Source: Tubiluchus corallicola (taxonomy: Eukaryota; Animalia; Priapulida). Taken from it: a stretch of 64,000 nt of DNA. The notes below the pieces were generated by a model that was not told where the DNA came from, searched no databases, and was given only the letters and a program-made list of their open reading frames with translations. The stretch spans positions 2,418,001 through 2,482,000 of the forward strand of contig JAQGDQ010000003.1 in the NCBI GenBank assembly GCA_030141605.1, in the 5' to 3' direction. The number at the start of each line of letters is the position of its first letter. The first letter of the stretch is position 1. A program made the position numbers and the translations under genes. Positions 1-12,400 of this stretch are shown piece by piece.

Positions 1-164
1 TTATCAAACAAATCATATCTGGTAATCTCAAGCTGAAACTCAAGAATGGAGGAAGTTCTTTGCTATTAACATTCCAAGGCAATCTTTGCTCTCATCCTGC
101 AGAGTGTAATATCGCAGTAAATTATTCCTCTACAATTTAATAGAAATCCTGAGCTGAGCAAACA

Positions 165-458
165 CTATACAATAACCGTGTGCGGATTTTTCTGTTTGTA
201 TTCCTCTTCTGACACCGAACTTGGCGGGCATGTGGATTCCGTCGTTCCAGATGTTTCGTTTGCATTTTCATCTTCCCGTACCTCTGGGATCGGTGACACA
301 GGCACTCGCTTATTGAAGTCTATTGTTGAGTAAGGACGATTGTCATTGAAGTCATCATCTGTGCTGCTTTCAGGGCGTGGCTTTGGCGTAGAGTTACATT
401 GCGGGAGATCCAGGTCTGCATACACTATAAGTTCATCATCATTGTCATCGTCACACAT
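165..458 (-). CDS. Exon 25: terminal coding exon with ITIM (IVYADL), PYSTIDF motif and C-terminal TVIV
   Basis: cctgttttag|ATG acceptor in phase 0; acidic low-complexity tail; stop TAG. The 3'UTR runs off the start of the window. Confidence 0.88.
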   Translation of the reverse strand: MCDDDNDDELIVYADLDLPQCNSTPKPRPESSTDDDFNDNRPYSTIDFNKRVPVSPIPEVREDENANETSGTTESTCPPSSVSEEEYKQKNPHTVIV

Positions 459-3400
459 CTAAAACAGGAAGTGTTAACTATGTGAACAGCATTCATGACA
501 TATAAAATAAGAAATAATAAGCAAATAAGAAACATTACGAATCTCAGTATAACATGCCAGCCAAATTGTGTGCAAATATGCTTATATAGTCATACATTCG
601 TTTTTCACAAACTAACTAACATATATATTACATAAAACTCTGAACATAGCATTAAAGGTAACAAATATGTGCATGTAAATAAACTAAAACATTTCAACAT
701 TTCTCTACTTTGGTTGCTGTTAGCTTAAACATAATTAACAATTGTGCACAGTACAGTACTTTAAAATGCCATTATGACACAATTTATAAATGTTAAAAAA
801 CTAAAAATTGGCATTAATAAAACATAACAAATTACAAAGTACAAAACATTTTAATAATTAGAAAAAAGAGACATTCAATTCTGCCTTGACAATATGCAAT
901 TTTCATTAAATCTGATAAGCATTTTTATCTTCCCATCGTAACTAGAGAAAATCACGAACTAAGATAAAATTGTAACTTTATGTTGAAAAAACATCGTTAT
1001 CACACACCTTTCATGCAATAAGAACTGCATGCAAAAAGAAAGCTGGTCACTACGGTCATAGCTGCTACATACAGTAACGATAACGTTAGCCCATGCATAA
1101 CTTAAAAGTAATGAAAAGAAAACAACTAAGTAAAAGTACGAAAAGACGCACAACTCCAACCCGTAGTATTGCTCCTCCATGTGTGATCATGCTCCAAGCC
1201 ACTATTTGTACAATGAGTTGATGGCCACTGATTCAATTGGACTGAACATAGGAAGCAGAATAAGAAAACGAAAACGTTATGATAGGAAAAGCTAAAATCA
1301 TTCACAGTTTGACAAACGAGGCACAAATTACAGACAGACTGAGAGACCAGTACTCAAGAAAAATAACAGCTACTTAAGTATAGAACCGGAAAACTAATCT
1401 CTTCCTGAAAGTAATGTATTAAAAAGCAGGTAACCTATACCTAAGAAATAATGCCAGTGAAAGTAAAATAATATGCAACGTCTTTGCAATTAAAATTAAT
1501 TCCACTACTACATTTTGAGAAACAAAACAGTTTATGTAGAAACAAGAGAGTATACTTAGCGCAACCCTATGTATTATTAGTAACTATAAATCATTAAATA
1601 CTGTCACCAATGCACCCAATTGTTAGTTGTGTAAATATTGCATTAAGGTGGGTAAAGTGCCGCAAAGCCTGCAGAAAAACTTTTAGTAACAGCAATAAAG
1701 TCTCTGGAACGCGTGCTACCTACCGCGGGGTTTTCTTCTCCCCTGTTACTATCAGTGTCTGACCCACTAGTATGGTCAAGGTAGGGGTTGTTAGCATGTT
1801 CTAACTGGGGCAAGTACACTTTTTTATTTTTCCCTTTAAACAAAGAAAACCGGAAGCTTTTGTTAGGTTAGTCTTTTGTCCAATAAAACATCAATGTATG
1901 GAATACACGTTCAAAATTTAACTGTCGCAGCAAAGACCGCAAGAGATTTTTACCACCAGACTATCACTTGCTAAGCAAATTAGTTTTCTTTTGAAATAAG
2001 AAAATGTTTGTCAGAAATTCAGTGATGCTCAGTTCTAGATAAGCCGCAAGTTAGAAAGGGGCAAAGTACATTTATTGTAGACTAAGGTTACATTTCAGTT
2101 CAAAATGCTACAGAAGCATTATCAGTATTCAGTAACCATTAGTTACAATAAAGGTCTTGTGCAAATCACAAGTCTTGTTAGCTGGTTGTATTATTATAAC
2201 TCATCAATGGACATGCCAAAGCTAACAATGTGTTAAAGGTCTACATTGTTTAGTTTTTAGTTTTCAGTCTAGAGTCATCTACAGGTCACTCTGTGAAGCT
2301 GTTCATGCACTTTCAAACTATAAAAGTAGTCTTCATTGAAAGGCAGTAATTTACCCGATGATATGTTGATGTAAACAGAAGAGAATCCTTTGCATCATTT
2401 TTCAACCGTTTCGATTTATAATTATCTGTTGTCAAATGATAAAAATAATTATGAAAAAATAGCGATTGAACAGATTCACAGATATACTGAATCGAGGGCC
2501 ATTATTAAGACTTTAGTAAGCAAAACACAGGATTCCAGCAACAAACCACAAACAGGAAACCTAAATTATTGTTAACCACAAATTTTGCATTTAGCTGACA
2601 CCTTACTTAACACATAAACTCACATGAATACAAATTACTGCTATGACACTGCTTCAAGAATACTTTGCTTGCACACAGAATTTTAGTTACTTAATTGATT
2701 GTAACATATTATGTACATACTAAACCTACCATTATGTGCTGACGTTAATGCCATTTTGGAAGTAGGACCATTTTCTTTATTAGAAAACTCATCTGAAAGA
2801 AATGGGCAGAAACATGAGATATAAACATCCATTCCAATGTCAAGTTTTACTATTTTTTGCAACAACACACTCATCATCGAAAGCTCAGCTTATCAAAGAT
2901 GTTGTTACCGGTAAGATGTCAACTGATAAAGCATTTGCATTCTTGTAGATAGATAGTACATAACCTAATAAACTAATAAAAGCTACTGTGCCCTGAAAAG
3001 GTATTAGCATACTTTTGAATGAGAACCTTCTCAATTCTTTCAGCTAAAACATGCTTTGCTCAGTCACCTCTTTATTATTAATCTTTCGCATCAAGAAAAA
3101 GCATAAGCATTTTGACTAAAACAAAACATTAACCTTAGACATGTTACTTACAGATCACAGAAATTACTTTACATGCACAGTGTCTCTATCCTTGACACTA
3201 TCCTGATTGCTGGGAGAGTAACAAAAACCATTTTCTCACATCCTTTTGTTAATCAATTATTGCAGTCCCCCTTCCTCAATTTGCAAAGTATTTAATTAAG
3301 ATGTTGAGAATGTATAATAAATTATTAAACGATGTACCTGATTTTGACTTTTCTTTATCTGTATTTTTGTTTTTATCTGAAAATAAAAAAATGTGCTTTC

Positions 3401-6400
3401 TTGGTATTCTTTAGTGTTTGTGCAAGTCTAAGAGCATTTCTAAATTTAAATTTAGTTATTACCAGCTAAACTGTATTCTGTGCTTTATAGTGTATATCAA
3501 TGCACTATCAGTTTTATAAAATCAAAACTAGTTGGAAGGCTGTTATGTCTTATCTTGAGACAATTAACACAACCTCTCAACACTAGGAGAAAGCAAATTA
3601 AAGAGGCTACTTGGATATGGCAGTACCCTAAACAGATTCACAGAAGAAAATTTTCGTATTTGTTTTATTTTTATTTACTCAGGGAAGGCAAATGTTTACT
3701 GCGAGATCGTAAAAAAATTTGTTGAAATCATTGGATTTTAGTTGAAACTGGGGATAAAATCGTGAGATTTGAGAGGTCTGCTAACACACAAAAGAATAAC
3801 GTCTTTTCTTACTTACGTTTACAAGGCGACCTATAGGTCCAGATAGCTGCATTGAAAAATATACAGTCATAAGTAAAACAAAACCTTGTCAATTAATGTA
3901 GACTTTTCTGTGCTATTAGCTCAGAAAAACAAACTGTAAAATTAATCTACTGCAGCACAATAGCTGACAATGAAAATGTTGATAATGTTAAGAATGTGAT
4001 CAATACTCAGCATTTTCACAACCAGTTTTATTTTGTACCATGAGAGATTTATTAAATGTCTAACCAGACACTTTTAAGACTGTCTTATTATATTACAAAC
4101 TGGAACTTAAATTAGACATTTTCTAGCTTGCTTGAGTAACAGTTTGAAAACTAATAAAGGTAACATCCACAATTACCTTCACCATCTTTGGCCGGATCAG
4201 CAGGTAAAAATCCTGCCTCGATATCATCACTTTTAGTTGTCAACAGATTCTGGTTGACAGGTTCTCTGAAAAAATACTATGATAAATTCTCTATTTTCTA
4301 CAACTTTTTCTCAGGAAGACACACTAAAAAGAACAGTACATGCAACCATCACTTAACTGCAGACTACCGAGACTGATTTAGGAAAAATTTGCCACAAACT
4401 GAATCATAAGTAATAAAAGCTTAAGTTTTATCACTGACTAATTTGACTAATTGCAATATCAGCATGCTTTTTTGGAAAACAGCGCAACATGAGCCATTTG
4501 GACTGCAATGGGATAGCATGAGCACAGTTGCCCAAAATCCAATTTTAGCCATATCATAACACAAAATACCGATGCAAAGAAAAAGTTAAGCATGCAGATA
4601 AACACAAACACTTCAGCACAAAAGCTCCTCTCGTAGTAAGTACTGTTCAAGAATAAGAGAGCAAAACCTATTATCCTGCAAAAGACGTTCATCATTTCTG
4701 AAATTGGCATCGCCAAATTTTCAAAACTGGAATGAAAACTGGAAGATAACTGGCTTCGTTTCCAGACCCTTCCATTCACCATGCTCTCTAAAATGCAATT
4801 TAAGTTTTATTTCTTGCACCTAACATTCATTCAAAAAACCACTTTACTGTTCATGTCTCGTCGATTTGACTGTAATGCTGAGACACTAAGCTGGCTGAGA
4901 TTGTTTCGCGATGAAAACATATTTCCTTGTCGCAAACCTCTCTGGAGTGCTATAGGAGGAATATCTCGTGGTGTGTATGTTCTTGGCACATTAAAATGGT
5001 AAGAGGGTCGGGCGGGATGCAAGTAAGATTGTCCAATCACGCTGCATTATTTCAAATGTAAACAAATAATGTAAACAAAAACTGACTATTTAAACATAAT
5101 CTACAAGTTGACAGTTTAGAAAAAATAATTCAAAATTACATTCATATTAGCAATTAATAAAATAAATACAAGCAAATAATCAGAAAAGTGATATTCATTC
5201 AGTAAAACTATTTACGTTTTTAAGCAAATAACCAACATATAAGGTAAAAATAATGTTAGAGAAACTGTATATAGCAGAATTTAGATACTGATAATAATAG
5301 TAAAACAAACTAACAAAAACTAGATACTTACTTCCTGTCTGTTCCATTTATATTATAATTTCCTAAAAAAGGAAAACATTTTTTAAAACACAACTTGTAT
5401 TACGAGTTATAAAGAATGTTAGCCAGTGGTACATCACATCAAATCAAATACAAACCTCAAAAAGGCATTAAATTATTTGGCAAACTTGTGCACTCTAAAT
5501 AAAATACTCTGGAAGCTATGCACAATAATCTGATTTTTTTAAAAAAAAATTAAAATGACTTATGAAGGAGGTTCTAAGATTGCTGCCTTACCTTTTGATT
5601 TCCGCTTTTTCTTCCTAACTACAATGATGATAATTGCTGAGATTATTACTAACAATACTAGTATCACAATGATAATTCCTAACATAGCACCACCAGACAG
5701 CACTGGATCTTCTTTAGGCTTTCCTAAAAAACACAAATCACTCGTCAACTTTAGATACATAAAAGATGTTCCACTCAAATACTTCTTTATTTTACTTATT
5801 AGCTTTTCTCCTTTTAGAAAAGTTCGGCAAAATAAAACTTAAATTAAGGGCCCATAGTGCAAAATTGCAGAGTGTGATAATTTTATTCAATTTTACAGTG
5901 AGGAAGAAAATTACAGCATTCCAACGTGCTACTGCAGCTATCTATAAAAGTGAGCCACATTGCAATTACAATGGTTTCGTAAAAGGCAGTAGGGTATTTG
6001 CACAATATTACAATGTGGCAAAGTGTACGCCTACAAATATATTATGTCATAGTTCTTGAAAAAAACCTACTGAATAAGCATTTCAAATTTAGAGTGAACT
6101 GATGTAATTGCATCAATCAAAATTTGTGGATACAAGACACTGAAAAATAAAATAAAATAAAATAAAAATTTCAACACAAACCTTCTAAAGTTTTAGCATT
6201 TATAGGGTAGCTACTGCTACTTCCTATATCATTTACAGCTAATATGTCCAATTTGTATTCAGTGCCTGGATCTGCAAAAAACAGACACGTATTATATAAA
6301 CTGTAACAATAGGTGCAACACCAAAATACACACCTGCCAGGTGCAAATGAATTTACAATTTTATGAAAACTAACGAACTTCCCAATTTTTGCTGAAACAA

Positions 6401-9400
6401 AGTCATACAACTTTCTAAAAATATGAAAATATCAAAGTTCTTGGTTAAGTTAATAACTATTATATAACAGATACTCAGACTTTTTTCTATGTATTCTACC
6501 AATAATTTGTTGAGTGTAATTCTTTCTACGAATACAGAAAACTTATAATGTAAATAAAAACTTCACTCTAAAATTCGCACATGTTACCATTGTAATAATT
6601 CTCAGTTAATGATTTTAAATGGGCTAGAATGACTGAATTTTAAAAATTGAGAACTTACCAACTGAAATATTGAATATAGGCTGTATCGATCTCATATACT
6701 CTACATCATTAACAAACAGCACAAATTCCTGATGAAATCCTCCATCATTCCCTTTCCTACATTGAATAAATATGTAGCTTGTGCCCTCCTCCCACTTACA
6801 TTGCCGTGGCCGCTGTGGAGGTGCTGGAATAAAATGACAGGAAATAAATGGAAACTTTCTTGGTAATAATTATCAATAGAAATAATACAAATTTATCAAG
6901 AGCACGATTAAATTCAGTAAAGTAAGTTTTTAGAATTAGATATAAACTGAAATACAGTATATGATGAATATAGAAATTCATTTTGCTCACATTTTTCTCG
7001 AAACCTAATGATACACGTTTCAATCGACCAGCCGATGTCGTTCCTGGCACGACACATATAATCCTGGAAATCTCCTGTTCCTGTGGCTTTTACTGATAGT
7101 TGGCTCATGCTGCCCTCATCGTAATGATCCTCTAGTATTTGATCACCCACTCTCCATTCAAATTCTATCTGCAATAGATAAATAAACACGATATTTTGTA
7201 TTCAAAAATCACAGAGTGCTTTTAATTATAGAAACAAAGGAAAATATATATAATAACATTTTAAACAGTTATAAGGGCTGCAGTTTAAACTACAATTTAA
7301 AAAACAATGAATTGGTAATAATCTACACACACATTAAGTTCAAATGGCAAATGTGGACAGGTATAATACTTACAGGATTAGGAATTGATCTCATTTCACA
7401 GGTCAAGACAACCTTCTCATTCAATGCTGCATTAAATGTTTGATCTTTCACTATACATTCTGGAGAATCTGAAATGTAAAACAAAAAAAACAAATTAAAC
7501 AAAATAAAAATAATGATAGGGATGACGATTTAGTGAAATTACCACACTATGATTATAATGAGTTATTATTATGATGACTAATAACGACAGTGATGTAATG
7601 ATGACTATGATGTTAATGACAAAGATGGTTACGAGGACGAAGATGGTGATGATGGTAGTGAACTATCAGCCGAAGCCACAAGCTCAACTGATTAAATGCT
7701 TAGGAATTTATTTTTTGTGGGTGAAATCATTTTGCACATTCCATAAAATTATCATTACTGACACAGTTTTGCTCAAAATGATATCAAAAGATTAAAGACG
7801 AAAGAAAATTTTGCAAATGCCTAGTGGTAATTTTACCAATTTGTAACCAAAACACATACCATTTTACTAACAAAATCAGATAATTTACTCACGTTGTACG
7901 ATCAATGAAACATCTTTGCTAGCTTTACCCATAGGATTTGATACTACACATGTATAAAGACCAGCATGGATGCGCATTACAGGACCCTCGTCAAGCTTTA
8001 ACACTGAAATGGAAAGGCACAAATTAGAAGAATTATGCAACAAACAAAAACATTCAAAGAATGATGCAATTTATAATTCAGTCTCAACAGTTTAAACATG
8101 CAATGGTATTTTTGAAAATTTCACATATGTTTTATAGAAGCACTAGATACACTGTAGACCTTTTAACAGATGGTAGACTGTTTTTGAAGTATACAAATTA
8201 CCGTTTGTTTCGCTGTAGACTACATTTGTATCTTTCTTTATCCATTTGTAAGTTGGTTCTGGATCACCATCAGCTGAACAGCTGAACTCCCGGGAGAGAA
8301 AGTCATATTCCTGGACAGTTATCGAACTTGGGCTCACTTCCATAAATCCAGGAGGATCTAGAACCATAACAAAAAACAAAAAACAGAAAATATATGAGAT
8401 TCACACATCTGTAATGCATTTTCTTGCTACAAAGCAAATTATCTGCAAATATTGGATGTAGTACATTTCTTCATGCCAATTTCTTGACGCAACAGCTTGA
8501 ATTTTGGTATTGATTCCACACTAAAATAAGTTTATGTTTCATTTCTTAAAATATAAAATCAAATAATTTAAAGAACTCATGTAAAGTTATAGTGCTCAGA
8601 ATATGAGTCAATTTTGTGAAGTCTGTATTTTTGATACATTTTGTTCCTAAACTAATCATCAGGACTGACATGCTCCCTGCAATGGAATTATTAACCTAAA
8701 AGGGACAATTAAAATTCCCCGACAAAAACTTTAAAACCCCTGCCTTTAAATAAATGGTGTCAGCAAAAAAGTTATGGAAGTTATGGGATCTCTATGTAAC
8801 ACAAAAAAAGTAACAATACTACAAAACGTCTACCTACACTGTACACGGAGTTCAAAAGGTTCACTGACTTTTCCCCAACCTATCAAATTTGATGCCTGGC
8901 ATGTGTAGCTTCCAGCATCGACACGAGAAATATCGGTCAATTCTATTGTTTCACCTACATTATCTAAAAATTCTTTATCATCTTTGTACCTGTAAAAATG
9001 CCGAAAATGGTCTAGAGCAATAAATAGATAAAAACTTAAACAATTAAAAATTAAAGGAATTAGTTACACCTTTCCAGATCTTCAATAAATTTAAGAAATG
9101 TTGGAAATAACTGCTACTGTTGTAAATATACACATTAATGACACATACCATTTAATATCATTGGCTAGAGGATTTGCTTCAATGATACAAGCTAAAGTAA
9201 CAAAAGCCGATTCTGACTCCATGACTAGTAGAGGAGATGCTGCTGAGATCTTTGCTTCTGGTTTATCTGCATAAGTAGATAAACTTAATTTGAAATATAA
9301 TTTAGGAAACACGAACATCGAATATGTATTTTAAACATTAACAGATATAAATTGTATACAAGAAAAAAAGCAAGACATCATTTACTTGCGTCAAACACAG

Positions 9401-12400
9401 TGGAATTCTTAGTAGCTACTTACTTCAATGCTAAATAATAAAAGAGCCACTGGCACTTGATCATTTTTTAAAATGTACAATGAGCCAACCAACAAACGCA
9501 AGAAAAAGTGAGTGATCAATGGCATGAATTAACCTAAGATGCACTCATCTCAACTAAAACAAGTGACAGCATTCATGGAAATGACCAGTAATATATATAA
9601 ATAGGTTAAAACAAGAAAACACATTCGTGATGAACTTAATGATAAAGACATTGTATACACCATCTAGTACTTACACTCAATATCAAGGAAAAATGGCAGG
9701 CTACTGCCTTGACCCATCTCATTACTAGCTGTGCACTGGTAACTACCGTAATCAGTCTTTAACAACTGTAAAACATAGCACAGAACAAAAACTGAATAGA
9801 AACTTTTTAGTACCGCATAATCGCATAGCACAGTAAAGAAGTGAGAGAGTGTTTATTGAAATATGAGATTAGTTTCCTACAACACATTGAGGAGGTATAC
9901 ATAAGTTTCTTTGAATTATTTTAACAGCTGCCATCTTTAGTGCCATTATTACTATAAAGCAGCACCTATTAGCAATAAAATTTTAATTTTAAAAAATTTA
10001 CATGCAGAGGCACATTTCGTCTAAAAATAAATTTCTGAAATATTTTACTTTTTAAAGAAAAATTTTTGTACCAGCTTTATTCAACTTCATTTTATCAAAC
10101 CCATTAAAAAGAAAGCAACTGAACTTTTACATGCTGCTCACCTTTTGTATACGGAGAGAATTCGATTTTTCTCCTATCTCTTTCCCATTCAATGTCCAGC
10201 GGAAGTACTCAGAAGGAGGATTGGCATCGCTGTCACAAACAAGTTCTAACACATCTCCCTCAGTAGCAACTGATGACTGTAGGTCTGCACCCATGTATAA
10301 CATCTTAACCTCTGGTGGATCTATAAAACAGGAAGAATTGTCATATTCTTTCACCAACTTGTCTAGAATACAATTATGTATGCTGGGGCAATTAAACCTT
10401 GCCTGTTGTGCAAATTAATGCTAAAATTTCAGTAACTGCTATTACAGTTACGATGCAGTTTCTTGACTGACAATTTACATTTGCAACTCTCATACCAAAT
10501 TTTTCCAAAATTTTTTAATTATAACCTTAAAACTTAATCAGCCTTAATAAACGATTTTAAGCTCCTTACATGTGACATCAAGTGTAAATACATCGCTTTC
10601 TGGTCCCCAGCCAACAGAGTTCCAACCAAGACAGGTAAATTCTCCACTCATGTCGCGAGTTACATCTTTTACTGACAGCGTTTCATTAGCATAGTCAAAC
10701 ACTACTCCATCTTTTATCCACTGCACATCAGTGTACCGTGGTTTACCCTGAAACAAATGCATTTTAATGTTTGTAATTTTTTTTTATTTATTGTTTCCTT
10801 CACGCTTTAATCTTCATCAAACCTGTAAGAAATATAAGAGGAAATACAATTAACAACAGTTATTTTAATGTTCTATAGCACCAAAGCAACAGCTTTCGAA
10901 TCCTCTTCACTACATGCCACCAATGAAAAATGATACTGGGAAAGCAAAATTTACATATAGAAACTTATGGCAGGAAAAGCAGGAACAATAGGAATGGTCA
11001 TATTAACATAGTCAAAAAAGTGATCAAGTTGTAAAACGCAATATGGCATCACTTTGACAAGAATCATAACATGTTATGTGACAAGTGAATTACTGATTTA
11101 TTAAAACAATATTGGCTATAAATAATAAAGTAGTATAGTGCTGTATTAATGTTGTCAGTTAATACTTAATTAGTTTACATAACAAATGCTGAGTGTGATA
11201 AAACATCTAATGTGTACCACAACAAAAACATTCCTTATAGACATACAGAAACCTTTCAATAGACATCAAGGTCATTATTGAAAAAAAAACATACCTCTAA
11301 TATACAAGTAATGCTGAAACTGCTGTGTTCAGCAACACGTGCAGATGGCTGTGGAAACCTCGCCCTCGGAGCATCTGTAAAAAATGGAAAAAAATTATTA
11401 AAACACACTGATAGCAAAAACTTAACATGAAAACAAATGTTAAGCAGAGAATTCTATTGATGATACAAACTGAACACTAATGTATTATGTTTATCTTTGC
11501 TCTGTATACTGATTATATCAATAATTTGATAAGCTTCATGAGAAAATTAAAATTAGGAGAACTTATACACATATGCCTTCACTTCTTTATACAAAGAAAA
11601 ATGTGAAAATCAGTATACATTTTTTAATGAGAACATAGTAAATCTTTACTTACATGACACTTTTAAAATGATAAATGCATTTTTGGGATTTTCAGGCCGC
11701 AAAGCCATGTTCCATGACCGACACTCATATGCCGAACGGTCGTCTTCTGCTGAGATCTAAAAGCATCATTAGTTATAGATAAATAAAACAGCATAATACA
11801 AATGTGCAATCCTAGCAGTTGTTTAACATGAAAGTTAAAATTGTGCTTAAATTATTAACCCAGAGACCATATGTATTAAATTCAGCCTTACTGCCTGACA
11901 TTTCCTGCAACTAGAAAAAACAGACAAATAAAAAATCGCTTTGACAGTCTATGCAACGAATATCTATGAAACAAGGCTGAAGATAATTGTTTCAAATTTG
12001 AGTTCAGTCTTGCTGAATTACATTTCATTTCTGTTTATCAGATTTTGTTGCCAAAATTTAATACCAAGGATTCACTCTAACGTACATATACGCTTCACAA
12101 CAACGTACTCACGAACTAAACACGTACCTCTAATGTAATTTTACTGCTACCAACACCCTTGGTGTACTCATCCCCTTCTACTGTGTAGACGGCATCATCT
12201 AGTAATTTACCATTGTGCCACCAGGTGACATTGGCTGGCGGTTTTCCACCATCAGATTCACAAGTTAAGACTAATGAATCGCCTTCTTTTATGTTATCAT
12301 TGCCAATATTAGTGCTAATTACTGGTTCCTGTGGAGGCACTAAAAGTGTAAAAGACTTAAGTGTTGAATTGCAATGAACTACATTATAAAGAATAATGTA

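Noticed and set aside
1158-1166. aacccgtag (miR-100 5' end); similarly taccctgta (miR-10 5' end) at about 48428
   Set aside because: Only 9-nt matches with no hairpin; expected by chance.
2177-2189. 13-nt match to the 3' half of miR-34 (gttagctggttgt)
   Set aside because: The seed is absent and there is no complementary arm.
5555-5842. Plus-strand ORFs overlapping exons (also 10131-10418 and 4188-4376)
   Set aside because: Antisense shadows of the minus-strand coding exons.
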